NCBI GenBank assembly: GCA_034669905.1
Contig: JAXMOL010000013.1
Coordinates: 32,001-96,000 of the forward strand
Length of the DNA: 64,000 nt
Source: Candidatus Hydrogenedentota bacterium
GTDB lineage: Bacteria > Hydrogenedentota > Hydrogenedentia > Hydrogenedentales > JAEUWI01
Reading direction: 5' to 3'
The notes beneath the pieces were generated by a model that ran no database searches, was not told where the DNA came from, and worked only from the letters and a program-made list of their open reading frames with translations. The translations under genes were made by a program, and so were the position numbers. Within the stretch, counting starts at the first letter, position 1, and every line of letters begins with the position of its first letter. Shown here one piece after another: positions 48,714 through 58,600 of this stretch.

Positions 48714-48745
48714 CGTCGGTGCAGTCCCCGGGGACTGCACCGACG
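48714..48745. repeat. Perfect 32-bp palindrome (terminator- or REP-like)
   Basis: cgtcggtgcagtcccc|ggggactgcaccgacg, 11 nt past the stop at 48757 between convergent genes. Confidence 0.75.
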
Positions 48746-48756
48746 TGGTCGTTGAA

Positions 48757-50184
48757 CTATTGCTTCAATGCCGCCAGGAGCTCCAGCACGGTCGTCTGAA
48801 TTACATCGGCGGCGTTGACTTCGAGGTAGCTGGACTTGGCGCGCCAGGTCTCATAGCCGCCGTAGCCGTGTTGTTCTTCTGTGGGAAGATAGCCGTTGTA
48901 GCCATTGGCCAACTCAATGGTGAAGCTGCGCTTGAAGGGCGACTCGGCCTTGATGGCGAGGCCAATCTCCACGAAGACTTCACAGGGAATGGCGGCGATA
49001 CCCAGATCGCCCACCTGGAAGGCCTGGAGAATCAGCGACTTGGTGTCGGGAAAGTCGGCCAGGGCCACCGTTTCGTTGGCGTAGATTTCACGCAGCCCCA
49101 GTAATTCCCGCCCTTCGGCCGCCGCGAGGATTTCCTTCGCTTCCACCACTTCTTCGGCTGTGGGCTTGCGGACGCCGAGGTCGATTTCACGCTGGGCCGA
49201 TTTAAGGGGCACCCAATCCTGAAAGTCCACATCGAGGTAGGCGCGGTGTACTTCCGCAGCGACTTTATTGGCCACAATGTTCATCTGCTCATAGGGTTTG
49301 CGCGGCCCACGGGGTGTGACAAAATTGATGTTGTTGATGTCACCGCTCGTGCCGTTGGACATCATGGCGAGGAAGCTATCGTCGCTGCCCAGCAGGCGTC
49401 CGATTTCATCGGCAAAGAGACCAAAATAATCGGCCGAGATGTCGGTGCCGACCGTGCCGCCCACATAGTGGAGGGAGTAGTTGGCGAGGAGACCCAGAGG
49501 CTTTCCGTCGACGGTTTCCAACGCGACGAAGGCGACTTCAGGGTCGATGGGCCCCGCAGGCTTCACCATGTCGGGGCTGGCGCCGGGAGGGTTCATACGC
49601 ACGGTTTCGCCTTCTTTACCGAAGGGGTTGGGGCCAATCGTGCCTTCTTTCATGAACCAGCGGCGGTTAAAGACTTCGTCGGGCACGGAGCCCGACCCCC
49701 AACCGATACGGGCGGGTACGCGGTTGAGCCAGGCCTGTCGGATGCCGTCGGCGATGCGCCGGGTGAGAAAGGCGTCATATTCCGGATCGGTCTCGGATTG
49801 AAAGCCCGGGTAGGTGCACGGCGCAGAGTGGGTGTGGGTCGCGGAGATAAGCATGTTCTCCGTGGCGATTTTGGTGTACTTCTTCGCCCGCTGCTTGGCC
49901 TCATCCATGATTTCGCGGGGGACGAGGCAGCTATCGACTACGGCGAAGGCCAGGGTCGTGTCGCCATCATCCAGCACGAGGCAACGGACGTGGATTTCGT
50001 CGTGGATACCGGCAACCTTGCGGTCGTTCATATAGCCCACGATGGAGAGGCCCAGCCAGGGGCTGATATTTGTTTTGGCGACGCCCGCCTTGAAGACTTT
50101 TTCCGGCTCTTGGGCGGATGTGGATAAGACGGGCGCGAGGAGGCCGAGTAGCACGAGCATGCCGATACGGAGAAGTTTGTTCAT
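48757..50184 (-). CDS. Secreted neutral/alkaline ceramidase-like amidohydrolase (copy 4)
   Basis: ISATHTHSAP, GPIDPEV, ANYSLHY, NGTSGD, ELANGYNGYLP, GGYE. Confidence 0.82.
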   Translation of the reverse strand: MNKLLRIGMLVLLGLLAPVLSTSAQEPEKVFKAGVAKTNISPWLGLSIVGYMNDRKVAGIHDEIHVRCLVLDDGDTTLAFAVVDSCLVPREIMDEAKQRAKKYTKIATENMLISATHTHSAPCTYPGFQSETDPEYDAFLTRRIADGIRQAWLNRVPARIGWGSGSVPDEVFNRRWFMKEGTIGPNPFGKEGETVRMNPPGASPDMVKPAGPIDPEVAFVALETVDGKPLGLLANYSLHYVGGTVGTDISADYFGLFADEIGRLLGSDDSFLAMMSNGTSGDINNINFVTPRGPRKPYEQMNIVANKVAAEVHRAYLDVDFQDWVPLKSAQREIDLGVRKPTAEEVVEAKEILAAAEGRELLGLREIYANETVALADFPDTKSLILQAFQVGDLGIAAIPCEVFVEIGLAIKAESPFKRSFTIELANGYNGYLPTEEQHGYGGYETWRAKSSYLEVNAADVIQTTVLELLAALKQ

Positions 50185-50354
50185 GAAATAGAATCCTTAC
50201 AGGTTAAAGCATAGTTAATCCATCGGTGCTGCCGTTCTGGCGAGTTCTTCCGATGTTGGCCCAGCCAACGTGATTTTTGCCGTATAGCAAAATACGAAGG
50301 TCGAAGCGCTCTTGCCCCGCTGGGACTCGTTTCGGTTTGTGAAGGTGCGCCAAA

Positions 50355-50533
50355 GTGGGTTAGCCTTCCAGGCTGACGTAAGGTGTCTACGACGTACCAG
50401 AAAGCGTTAGGTCGTAGAACGCCCGCTATCCAATTCCAGCGGTTACTCGTGGCGTCCCGCCCCGCAGGACGGTTTGAGCGAGTGACGTGACTGGTCACAG
50501 ACGCGCCGGAGGTGGGCTGGAAGCCTATCCCAT
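50355..50533. repeat. REPIN-like element of the GTGGG family
   Basis: gtgggttagccttccaggctgac ... cagacgcgccggaggtgggctggaagcctatcccat. Confidence 0.75.
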
Positions 50534-50710
50534 TTTAGCCAACCTGCGTATCGTCGCGTTTCACCTGTATGGACGGACCGTATTCGTGTAAATTTGTGTC
50601 CATTCGTGGTTTCAAATCTTTGGTTGCGGCTATGCAGCGATGGGCTACGATACGTCGCCCACTTCGTGCACTTTGCCGCGGACAAGAGAGTCCGCGATCC
50701 TGCCCTATGT

Positions 50711-52135
50711 TTATTGTTTCAATTCGTTCAGCAACCCCAAGATCGTTTCCTGGATCACATTGGCGGCGGTAACCTCCAGGCGGCTGGATTTGGCCCGCCA
50801 GGTTTCATAGCCGCCCAGGGCGTGCTGGGCTTCGGTGGGAAGATAGCCGTTGTAGCCATTCGCCAACTCGATGGTGAAGCTCTTCTCGAAGGGGGTTTCG
50901 GCTTTGATGGCGAGTCCAATCTCCACGAAAGTTTCACAGGGAATGGCAGCAATGCCCAGATCACCAATCTGGAAGGCCTGAAGGATCAGGTCTTCCGTGT
51001 CGGGGAATTCGGCAAGATCCACCGTACAGTTGGCATAGTATTCCTGGAAGGTGTTGAGCTTACGATTTTCGCTTTGGGCTTTCGCGAGAATGGCCTTCGC
51101 TTCTTCTACTTCTTCGGAGGTGGGTTTCCGGATGCCGAGGGTGACTTCTTTCTGAACGGCATTCAACGGTACCCAGTCCTGGAACGCGATGTAGCTATAG
51201 GCGCGCAGCACCTCGGCGGCCACTTTGTTGCCGACGATATTCATCTGCTCGCCCGTGGCCCGCTTTTCACCTCGTACCGCGAAGTTGACGTTGTTAATGT
51301 CGCCGCTCGTACCGTTGGACATGGACGCCACGAATTGGTCGTCCGCTCCCAGGAGTTCGGCGATGCGCTTGGCAAAGACGCCGAAGTAGTCGCCAGAAAC
51401 CCCGGGGATGCCCCCCACGTAGTGGAGGGAGTAATTGGCGAGGAGGGCGAGGGGCTTGCCGTCGAGGGTCTCGAAGGCGAGGATGGCAACTTCGGGGTCT
51501 ATGGGGCCAGCGGGCTTAATGAGATTCTCACTGGCCCGGGGTGGATTCATCTGAACCTTGTCGTCACGGGTGCCGAAGGGATTCTCCCGCACCGTGCCTT
51601 CCTTCATATGCCAGCGACGGTTGAATACCTCATCGGGCACGGAACCGCTGCCCCAGCCAATTCTGGCGGGGACGCGATTCTGCCACGCCCGCGTGATGCC
51701 ATCGGCGATGCGACGGCTCACGAAGGTGGTGTATTCCGGGTCGGGGTCCGACTGGAAGACGTGGGCACAGGTGCCTGCGGTGTGGCTGTGGGTGGCCGCA
51801 ACGAGCATGTTGGTCGTGGGGATACCCGTGGCCGCGCTGGCCCGTTCCTTGGCTCCATCCACAATGGGCCGCTCGATCATGCAGCAGTCCACGAGTGAGA
51901 TGGTCAGGAGATTGTCCCCATCATCCATCACGATGGAACGGACAAAGAGTTCGTCCGTGATCACCGTGGCGGTGCGGTCCGTCATACTGCCGGCGAGCGA
52001 CGTGCCAAACCAGGGCGTGATATTGCTGGTGGAGGCACCGGCCTTGAAGACCTTCGCGCCTTCTTCCTGGGCGACGGCCCAGGGCGTAAGCGCGAGGGTC
52101 AGTGCCATCAGTGACCATGTAGCGATGGGTTTCAT
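50711..52135 (-). CDS. Secreted neutral/alkaline ceramidase-like amidohydrolase (copy 3)
   Basis: AATHSHTA, ANYSLHY, NGTSGD, NGYNGYLP, GGYE. Confidence 0.82.
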   Translation of the reverse strand: MKPIATWSLMALTLALTPWAVAQEEGAKVFKAGASTSNITPWFGTSLAGSMTDRTATVITDELFVRSIVMDDGDNLLTISLVDCCMIERPIVDGAKERASAATGIPTTNMLVAATHSHTAGTCAHVFQSDPDPEYTTFVSRRIADGITRAWQNRVPARIGWGSGSVPDEVFNRRWHMKEGTVRENPFGTRDDKVQMNPPRASENLIKPAGPIDPEVAILAFETLDGKPLALLANYSLHYVGGIPGVSGDYFGVFAKRIAELLGADDQFVASMSNGTSGDINNVNFAVRGEKRATGEQMNIVGNKVAAEVLRAYSYIAFQDWVPLNAVQKEVTLGIRKPTSEEVEEAKAILAKAQSENRKLNTFQEYYANCTVDLAEFPDTEDLILQAFQIGDLGIAAIPCETFVEIGLAIKAETPFEKSFTIELANGYNGYLPTEAQHALGGYETWRAKSSRLEVTAANVIQETILGLLNELKQ

Positions 52136-52138
52136 CGT

Positions 52139-53494
52139 CTACTGGTCCTTTGCCAATTCGTGGACCGTGTTCATAATCGTTTCTTCGACGGAGGTCGTCA
52201 GGGGACCATGGACACCGTAGTAAAGCATGGCACCGCCGCCTTCATATCCGCCCTCTTTGAGTACGCGAAGGGAGGGGATGTAGGCGGGACAGCCGTTGGT
52301 GTAGCCCATGACGAATTGCTTCTCTTTGGGGTAGTGGTGCTTGATGAGGAGACTGTAGTCCACCGTGACCTCGCCACTCAGGGCCGTCAACTGCACGTCT
52401 TCGCCAAACTTCCATACCTGAACGGCCTGTGGGAGGGTGGTCGGAAGCTTTCCTTCCGTCTCGTATTGCCGTTTCATCTTCTTGGCGCGTCGCACGACAT
52501 ACTTGTTGTCGCTCTCAAGCTGCTTTTCGACTTCTTCCCTGGTGGGGGCTTCCGTCAGGGCGAGGGGGACGACTTTGTAGCGGCCGGTAATCGGGCCGCT
52601 CACGGGCGTCATGGTGCCATTGATCACGGCGGCCACGGCGTCTCCCAATTCCTTGCCATACTTCTCGGCCAGCTCAATCTTGCGGCGGGGCAGGGGATTC
52701 TGGTCGCCGCCACAGCCCTGGGCGAAAAGGGCCGTCGCGCCGGGGAAGGCCTTTTCGATTTCTATCTGGGCAAAGCCCGCATAGTCACCGTTAAACTGTT
52801 GGAGGTCCGTGACCGTGTTGTGGCAGGCATAGCCGAAGAGAATACCGCGAATCTTTCCGTCGGCGTCTTTGGCCACCAGCGTCGGTACGTCGTTGTCCAC
52901 CGGCCCGATCGGGTTGTAATCGTTACTTACGCCACCGGCCGTGTACTTGCGCCGGTTCTTACCGAAGGTGGCTTCCCCGATACCCCAGCTGAGCGAGCCG
53001 GGCTGGAGGTCGGCGACGGCCTCATCGATGACCTGTTCGAGGAGTCCGCTCAGGTGCTTCGTGTAGGCTGCGGCGCGCTCTTGCTCGATGCCTTCGAGGC
53101 CATAGGTGATATGGAGGCCGTCATTGTCGACCACGGGGCTACAGTGGGTGTGGGAGGCGTTGAAGAGAATATTGGCCCGGGGGATGCCGTGTTTAGCTTC
53201 CACCGCCTGGGCGATGGGCTCGGTGACATTCATGTAGAAGCCGATGAGATCCGCCGTCACGATGACAAACGTGGCGCCCGTTTCGTCTTCCACCGCCAGG
53301 GCTTTGGCCCAGATGTCGTGGAGCGCACTTTCGCCCGCCTCCGTGCGCGAAGCGTAGCCCGCCAGCCAAACAGGGCTCTGTGGGGTGATGACCACCCGTC
53401 CGATTCCGATTTTCATGGCTTCTGCAGTTCCCATGGGGATCAGGAGTGCGCCGAGGAGCGCGATCAGGATACCCGATTTGATTCGATTTAACAC
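52139..53494 (-). CDS. Secreted neutral/alkaline ceramidase-like amidohydrolase (copy 2, different subfamily)
   Basis: LAGYASR, NASHTHCSP, GYACHNT, GCGGDQNP, YIPS..VL.EGGYE. Confidence 0.82.
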   Translation of the reverse strand: MLNRIKSGILIALLGALLIPMGTAEAMKIGIGRVVITPQSPVWLAGYASRTEAGESALHDIWAKALAVEDETGATFVIVTADLIGFYMNVTEPIAQAVEAKHGIPRANILFNASHTHCSPVVDNDGLHITYGLEGIEQERAAAYTKHLSGLLEQVIDEAVADLQPGSLSWGIGEATFGKNRRKYTAGGVSNDYNPIGPVDNDVPTLVAKDADGKIRGILFGYACHNTVTDLQQFNGDYAGFAQIEIEKAFPGATALFAQGCGGDQNPLPRRKIELAEKYGKELGDAVAAVINGTMTPVSGPITGRYKVVPLALTEAPTREEVEKQLESDNKYVVRRAKKMKRQYETEGKLPTTLPQAVQVWKFGEDVQLTALSGEVTVDYSLLIKHHYPKEKQFVMGYTNGCPAYIPSLRVLKEGGYEGGGAMLYYGVHGPLTTSVEETIMNTVHELAKDQ

Positions 53495-53749
53495 GTTGGA
53501 ATTCCTCCATTCAATTTAAGTGCGCCTGAATGTACAAAAATCAGTAGCGCAAAACGTTAAGGGAAGATGGTACACCATGGTGAAGGGGATGTCACGTTCG
53601 GATGCTACGCGCCCCATGGGTTCAGCGGCTCTTGAGAAGCCTTCTACGGCGCGTCGTGGACGTGGCACGGAGCGAACATCTAGAACAGATCTCCAAAAGG
53701 AGACACGCGGCTGAGGCATGGTTGTACTTCAGGTCGCTGGACACCACGT

Positions 53750-53772
53750 GTCAGCCGGGACGGCCAACCCAC
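53750..53772. repeat. Single REP of the GTGGG family
   Basis: gtcagccgggacggccaacccac, one mismatch from 55629-55651. Confidence 0.75.
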
Positions 53773-53788
53773 TGGAAGCACAGGACGT

Positions 53789-55207
53789 TCAGCGTGTGGC
53801 GACATCCTTCAAGAGCTCCAGTATCGTCTCCTGGATGATAGTGGCGGCCTTTACTTCCAGGTAGGTCGATTTGGAGTTCCAGGTTTCGTAGCCGCCGAGG
53901 GCATGCTGCCGTTCGGTGGGGAGGTAGCCGTTGTAGCCATTGGCAAGCTCCATGGTAAAGGTCTGCTTGAAGGGCGATTGGGCTTTGATGGCGAGGCCCA
54001 TCTCGGCGAAGACTTCACAGGGGATGGCGGCGATACCCAGATCGCCAATCTTCAGGGATTGGAGAATCAGGTCGACGCGGTCGGGGTAGGTCGTCAGGTC
54101 CACCGTGCAATTGGCCATGACTTCGGTCAGTCCCTTCAGGGGGCGCTTCTCCGCCTTTGCTTTGGCGAGTAGACTGCGGGCGCGTTCCACTTCCTCGGGC
54201 GAAGGTTTCCGCACGCCCAGATCGATCTCGGTCTGCACCGCGCCAAGGGGCACCCAGTCGTGAAAGGTGAGGTCGCCGTAAGCGCGGTAGACTTCGGCGG
54301 CTACCTTGTTGGCCACGATGTTAATTTGTTCGAAGGGTGCCTGCTTCTTTCGCGGTTCCCGGAAGTTGATGTTGTTGATGTCGCCGCTGGTGCCGTTCGA
54401 CATGGTGGCCACGAAGCCCGTGTCTTTTGCGCCGAGGAGTTCGGCGATACGATTGGCGAAGACCGCGAAGTAATCGGCCGATACGCCTTTGACACCGCCC
54501 ACGTAGTGGAGGGAGTAGTTCGCCAGCAGGGCGAGGGGGGTGCCGTCCCGGGTTTCCAAGGCGAGAAAAGCCACTTCGGGGTCCGTGGGGCCGGCGGGCT
54601 CGATGAGATCTTCACTGGCGCGCGGTGGATTCATCTTGACCTTGTCGGTGGTACCGCCGAAGGGATTGGGCGGGATGGTGCCTTCCTTCATGTACCAGCG
54701 CCGATTGTGGACTTCATCGGGTACGGACCCGGAACCCCAACCGATACGGGCCGGTACTCGTTTTTTCCAGGCCAGCGTGATGGCATCGCCGATGCGCCGG
54801 CTCACGAACTCGGTGTAGTCCGGGTTGGGCGGGGACTGCTTGATATAAGAGCACGACGCCCCCGAGTGGGTGTGGGTGGCCGCCACGAGCATGTTTTCGG
54901 TAGGAATGCCCGTGGCCGCGCTGGCCCGCGCCTTGCCCGGGTCCATGACGGAGCGGTGCACCACGCAGCTATCCACCGTGGCGATGGCGAGGGTGTTGGT
55001 CCCGTCGTCCAGTACGATGGCGCGCACGTGGAGTTCATCGCTGATGAAGTTCACCGTGCGGTTGGACCAGCCGCCGGGCATGTTAACGCCATACCAGGGT
55101 GTGATATTGCTGGTCGCGGCACCCGCTTTGAAGACCTTTGCGGTGTCTTGCGCGAAGGCGAGGGGCGCGCTAAGAAGTAGGAGTGTCAATGAAATTCGGT
55201 AAAGCAT
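53789..55207 (-). CDS. Secreted neutral/alkaline ceramidase-like amidohydrolase (copy 1)
   Basis: Start moved to MLYRIS behind a GAGG RBS; AATHTHSG, ANYSLHY, NGTSGD, NGYNGYLP, GGYE. Confidence 0.82.
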   Translation of the reverse strand: MLYRISLTLLLLSAPLAFAQDTAKVFKAGAATSNITPWYGVNMPGGWSNRTVNFISDELHVRAIVLDDGTNTLAIATVDSCVVHRSVMDPGKARASAATGIPTENMLVAATHTHSGASCSYIKQSPPNPDYTEFVSRRIGDAITLAWKKRVPARIGWGSGSVPDEVHNRRWYMKEGTIPPNPFGGTTDKVKMNPPRASEDLIEPAGPTDPEVAFLALETRDGTPLALLANYSLHYVGGVKGVSADYFAVFANRIAELLGAKDTGFVATMSNGTSGDINNINFREPRKKQAPFEQINIVANKVAAEVYRAYGDLTFHDWVPLGAVQTEIDLGVRKPSPEEVERARSLLAKAKAEKRPLKGLTEVMANCTVDLTTYPDRVDLILQSLKIGDLGIAAIPCEVFAEMGLAIKAQSPFKQTFTMELANGYNGYLPTERQHALGGYETWNSKSTYLEVKAATIIQETILELLKDVATR

Positions 55208-55442
55208 GAACGTTTTCCTCAAGAAAGTGCCCGGGAGAATGAATTCTCCACGCGATTTCCCACGAGCGCGGTGATAGTTGGGAGCGCGGGTTGGTGAGTG
55301 ACTGTGACAAGGGGCTCGCCTGAAGGCGTTTCCGTTTGTGGAGGTGCCCCCGTCGCCGCGCTTCACCTTATTTGTTCCAATCAATTGCCCCGTCAGGTGT
55401 GCTCTACTAAGGATAAGTCAATCGGTGGGCAGGGCGCAAACC

Positions 55443-55651
55443 GTGGGTTAGCCGTCCCGGCTGACACGTCACGTTGGAACGATATCCAGATGACTATCGC
55501 CACCATGTGGGGCGGTGTGGCTATCCGGAGGGAAAATCCACGAGGGGATACAGGGGGTATTGTTCTGTTGGTTGCATTCAGGAAACGTGGCTGGGGTGGC
55601 TTGAAATTCATGTCTTTCATCACGGCCCGTCAGCCGGGACGGCTAACCCAC
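55443..55651. repeat. REPIN/MITE-like element with perfect 23-bp inverted REPs
   Basis: gtgggttagccgtcccggctgac (55443-55465) and its exact reverse complement (55629-55651). Confidence 0.85.
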
Positions 55652-55687
55652 TGGATCAGCCGTCCCGGTTGGATAGGTGTTGCACCG

Positions 55688-58600
55688 CTATGGCGCGATG
55701 GTGACGTTGGATGTGGCCGTGCGCCCGTTGATGTCGATGGCATACATGCATTCGGCGTTGGCACCCGGTTGTTGGAAGGTACCCGCCGTGACCGTGCGTA
55801 CGGCGTAGTAGTAACGGTGGGTACCCCCTTGAAGGTGGTCGAAGGCGGCGATGAGCCGGTCATCCCGCACGTCGATGTAACTCGGCTGTACGCCATCCGT
55901 CTTCTTCCACGGCCCGAGGGTGTCCCCGGAGAGACGGGGATTCTCGATGTCGAGTCCACCCGGCAGCAGGTCCACAAGCACTACGTTTTTCATGTCTTCG
56001 GCACAGGTGATCTCCACGGACACGAGATAGGTTTTTCCGTGTTCCAGGGCTGCAGGGTCGACAGGTCCACCGGGCGCTTCGAATCGACGGCTCAGTTGGA
56101 TGCCGTTCGACGCGGCGTCCACGTCGGGATTGACGAGGATGCCCGCCCAACTCAGGTTCACGTAGAGGGGCGTCGGGCCTTCGTTGGAGACGGTGTAGCG
56201 GGTGCCCGCCCCCTTGTGGGCGGCCTTAAACTGGAAGTCTCCGGTGCGTGTTTCTACGCCATCCGGCGTGGCAATGGTCGCCTTGGCCTGGCTGACATCC
56301 CCCAGGTTTTTCTGGAGGTATTCGGACAGCGCCGTGATGACGAAGGCGGCTTCCTGGGTGGAGTAGGGGTGATTCTCCAGATACCGGATGAGCTTTTCCG
56401 CCTGGGGCTGGGTAATGGTGTCGTCCGCGCCCAAGGCCATTTGGGTCATGAGGGTAATGGCATCATTGCGCACCGTGGAGTTGAGGGTATCTCCTTGTTC
56501 CCGCATGTCGTAGGGTTTACTCGGATGGGTGAGCAGATAGGCGATACCTTTTTCCGGGGCTTTGGTGAACTGTAACTGGGCCAGCAAGAGCCACTGGCGG
56601 GCCGTCGTGCTGATCTCCAGGGTATCCAGGCGGGTGATGTCGGCCATGACCTCGGGGTCCTGGGCGAGTGCCCGCACATAACAGGCGTAGGCATAGTTAT
56701 AGAGGGACACATGCCGCTCGTCGGGATCGAGGGTGATGCGATCGCGCAGATAGGTCATGAGCCGGGCATGGGCCTCTTCGGGCACCTTGAAGGCCGGGTC
56801 TCCCTTGGCCAGGGTGAGGAAGTGGGCGGCGTAGATACTGCCGTAGGGATAGGGCTCCTGGGCTCCGGGCCAATAGCCAATGCCGCCGCTGCGGGTCTGC
56901 ATGGAAAAGAGGCGATCAATACCCGACTGGATAAACTGGCGGAAGTACTGGGCGTCCCATTCGCTGCCCGCATAGCGGGCCGATTGACCCATCAGGAAGA
57001 GGGGCATGCACCGGGACGTCGTCTGTTCGAGACATCCGTGGGGGTATCCAATGACATAGTCGAGGGCCTTCTGAAGGCGGGCCAGGGGGTTGGCACTGAT
57101 CAGGAGGGTGCCCTCCAGACGTGCGTTGTCCTTGAACTCCGAATTGACGAAGTCCCGCTGTTCACCGGACGGGATAACCACCAGTTCACTCCGCACCTGG
57201 TAAATGGAGGGGGCCTGAATTTTCAGGGGCGTATCCGTCTCAAAGGCATCAACCACCGCGCCCTGGGCATCCGTGCTTTCCAATTTCCAGTGGATGGTGC
57301 CCGAGCCGGGGAATTCGCCTGCCCCCAGGGGGATGGGGACCACGACTTCGTCGCCTGCCGGGATGTCCCAACTGGCGGTGAAGGCGTCGGCGACTACGGG
57401 TTCGGTGGTAGAGACCGAAAGGGTGCTCTTCAGGGGGGCGTCCGTCTTGTTTTGCAAGAGGGCCGTCGCCTGGAACGTGTCCCCCGGTGTGGCGAAGCGC
57501 GGCAGGGTCGTCTGGAGGACGACGGGACGTCGGATCACCATGTTGGCCCCCGTGCTGCCCGCTTCCGTGCCGGTGGTGGCCACGGCGACGAGGCGCACCT
57601 TACCCGCAAACTCGGGCAGCGCCATCTCGATGGTGGCCACACCCGTGGCGTCGGTCTCGACCACGCCGGACCACAGTGCGAGGGGCTTGATCCAGTTGTC
57701 ATCCACGTTGGAATCATCTTCACCCAGGCGCTTTTTGAGCAGGGCACCACCGCCGATGGGTTTGCCGGTAAAGTCATAGGCGACCTGATCGTAATAGTGG
57801 GCCCGCCGGTAGAGGGGCCGTCGTGGACGTTGAAACCAGGCCACGGGGTCGGGCGTTTCGTATTGGAGGATTTGGTGGATGCCTTCATCCACGAGGGCGA
57901 GGGTCAATTCCGCCGCGACGGGGGTGCCGTCCGGGTTGGCCACCTGCACCGTCACGGGAATCGTGGCGGCGGGGCGGGTCACCTTGGGAAGATCCGGCAG
58001 GGTGACCGTCAGGGCCTTGGTGGGGTCGTGCACGGGGAGGTTGACCATGGCGAAGCTCGCGTAGGGATAGGTCAACGTGGTGCCGGGTTCCACCGGGTGG
58101 ATGACCGTGGTCTCCAGCCAGACATTGGGATAATGGCCCCCTTCGAGGGGCAGGCTGAGCGTGCCCACACCGTTGGTGATGGGGACCGTGATGAGCTTCT
58201 CCAGGGACTTGTGTTGGACCACTACGATGGCGTCGCCGTCGAAGGGCGAGGTGATCTGTACCGTCGCGGTGTCGCCGATGGTGTAGGCCTTCTTGTCCGG
58301 TGTCAACGTAATAAGAGAAGGGCGGCTGGCATCGGCCAGGCGCGCCTGCCCCCGGTAAGACCAGAAGGATTGGGTGGCATACTGGGAACTGTTCTCCCGA
58401 TGGACCTTGACGCGGTAGGTGCCATAGCCTTCCGGTACGGGGACCGTTACGGTACCCACGCCGCCGCTCAGGGGGACCGTGTGGGTGCTGATGATGACAA
58501 AGTTGTCGTTCCAATTGGCTTCATTGTGGCTCGAATAGCGACGAACATAGTAGCGCCATTGCTTTTTCTCGAGCGTAACCTGGACTTTTTCCAGGGAGGC

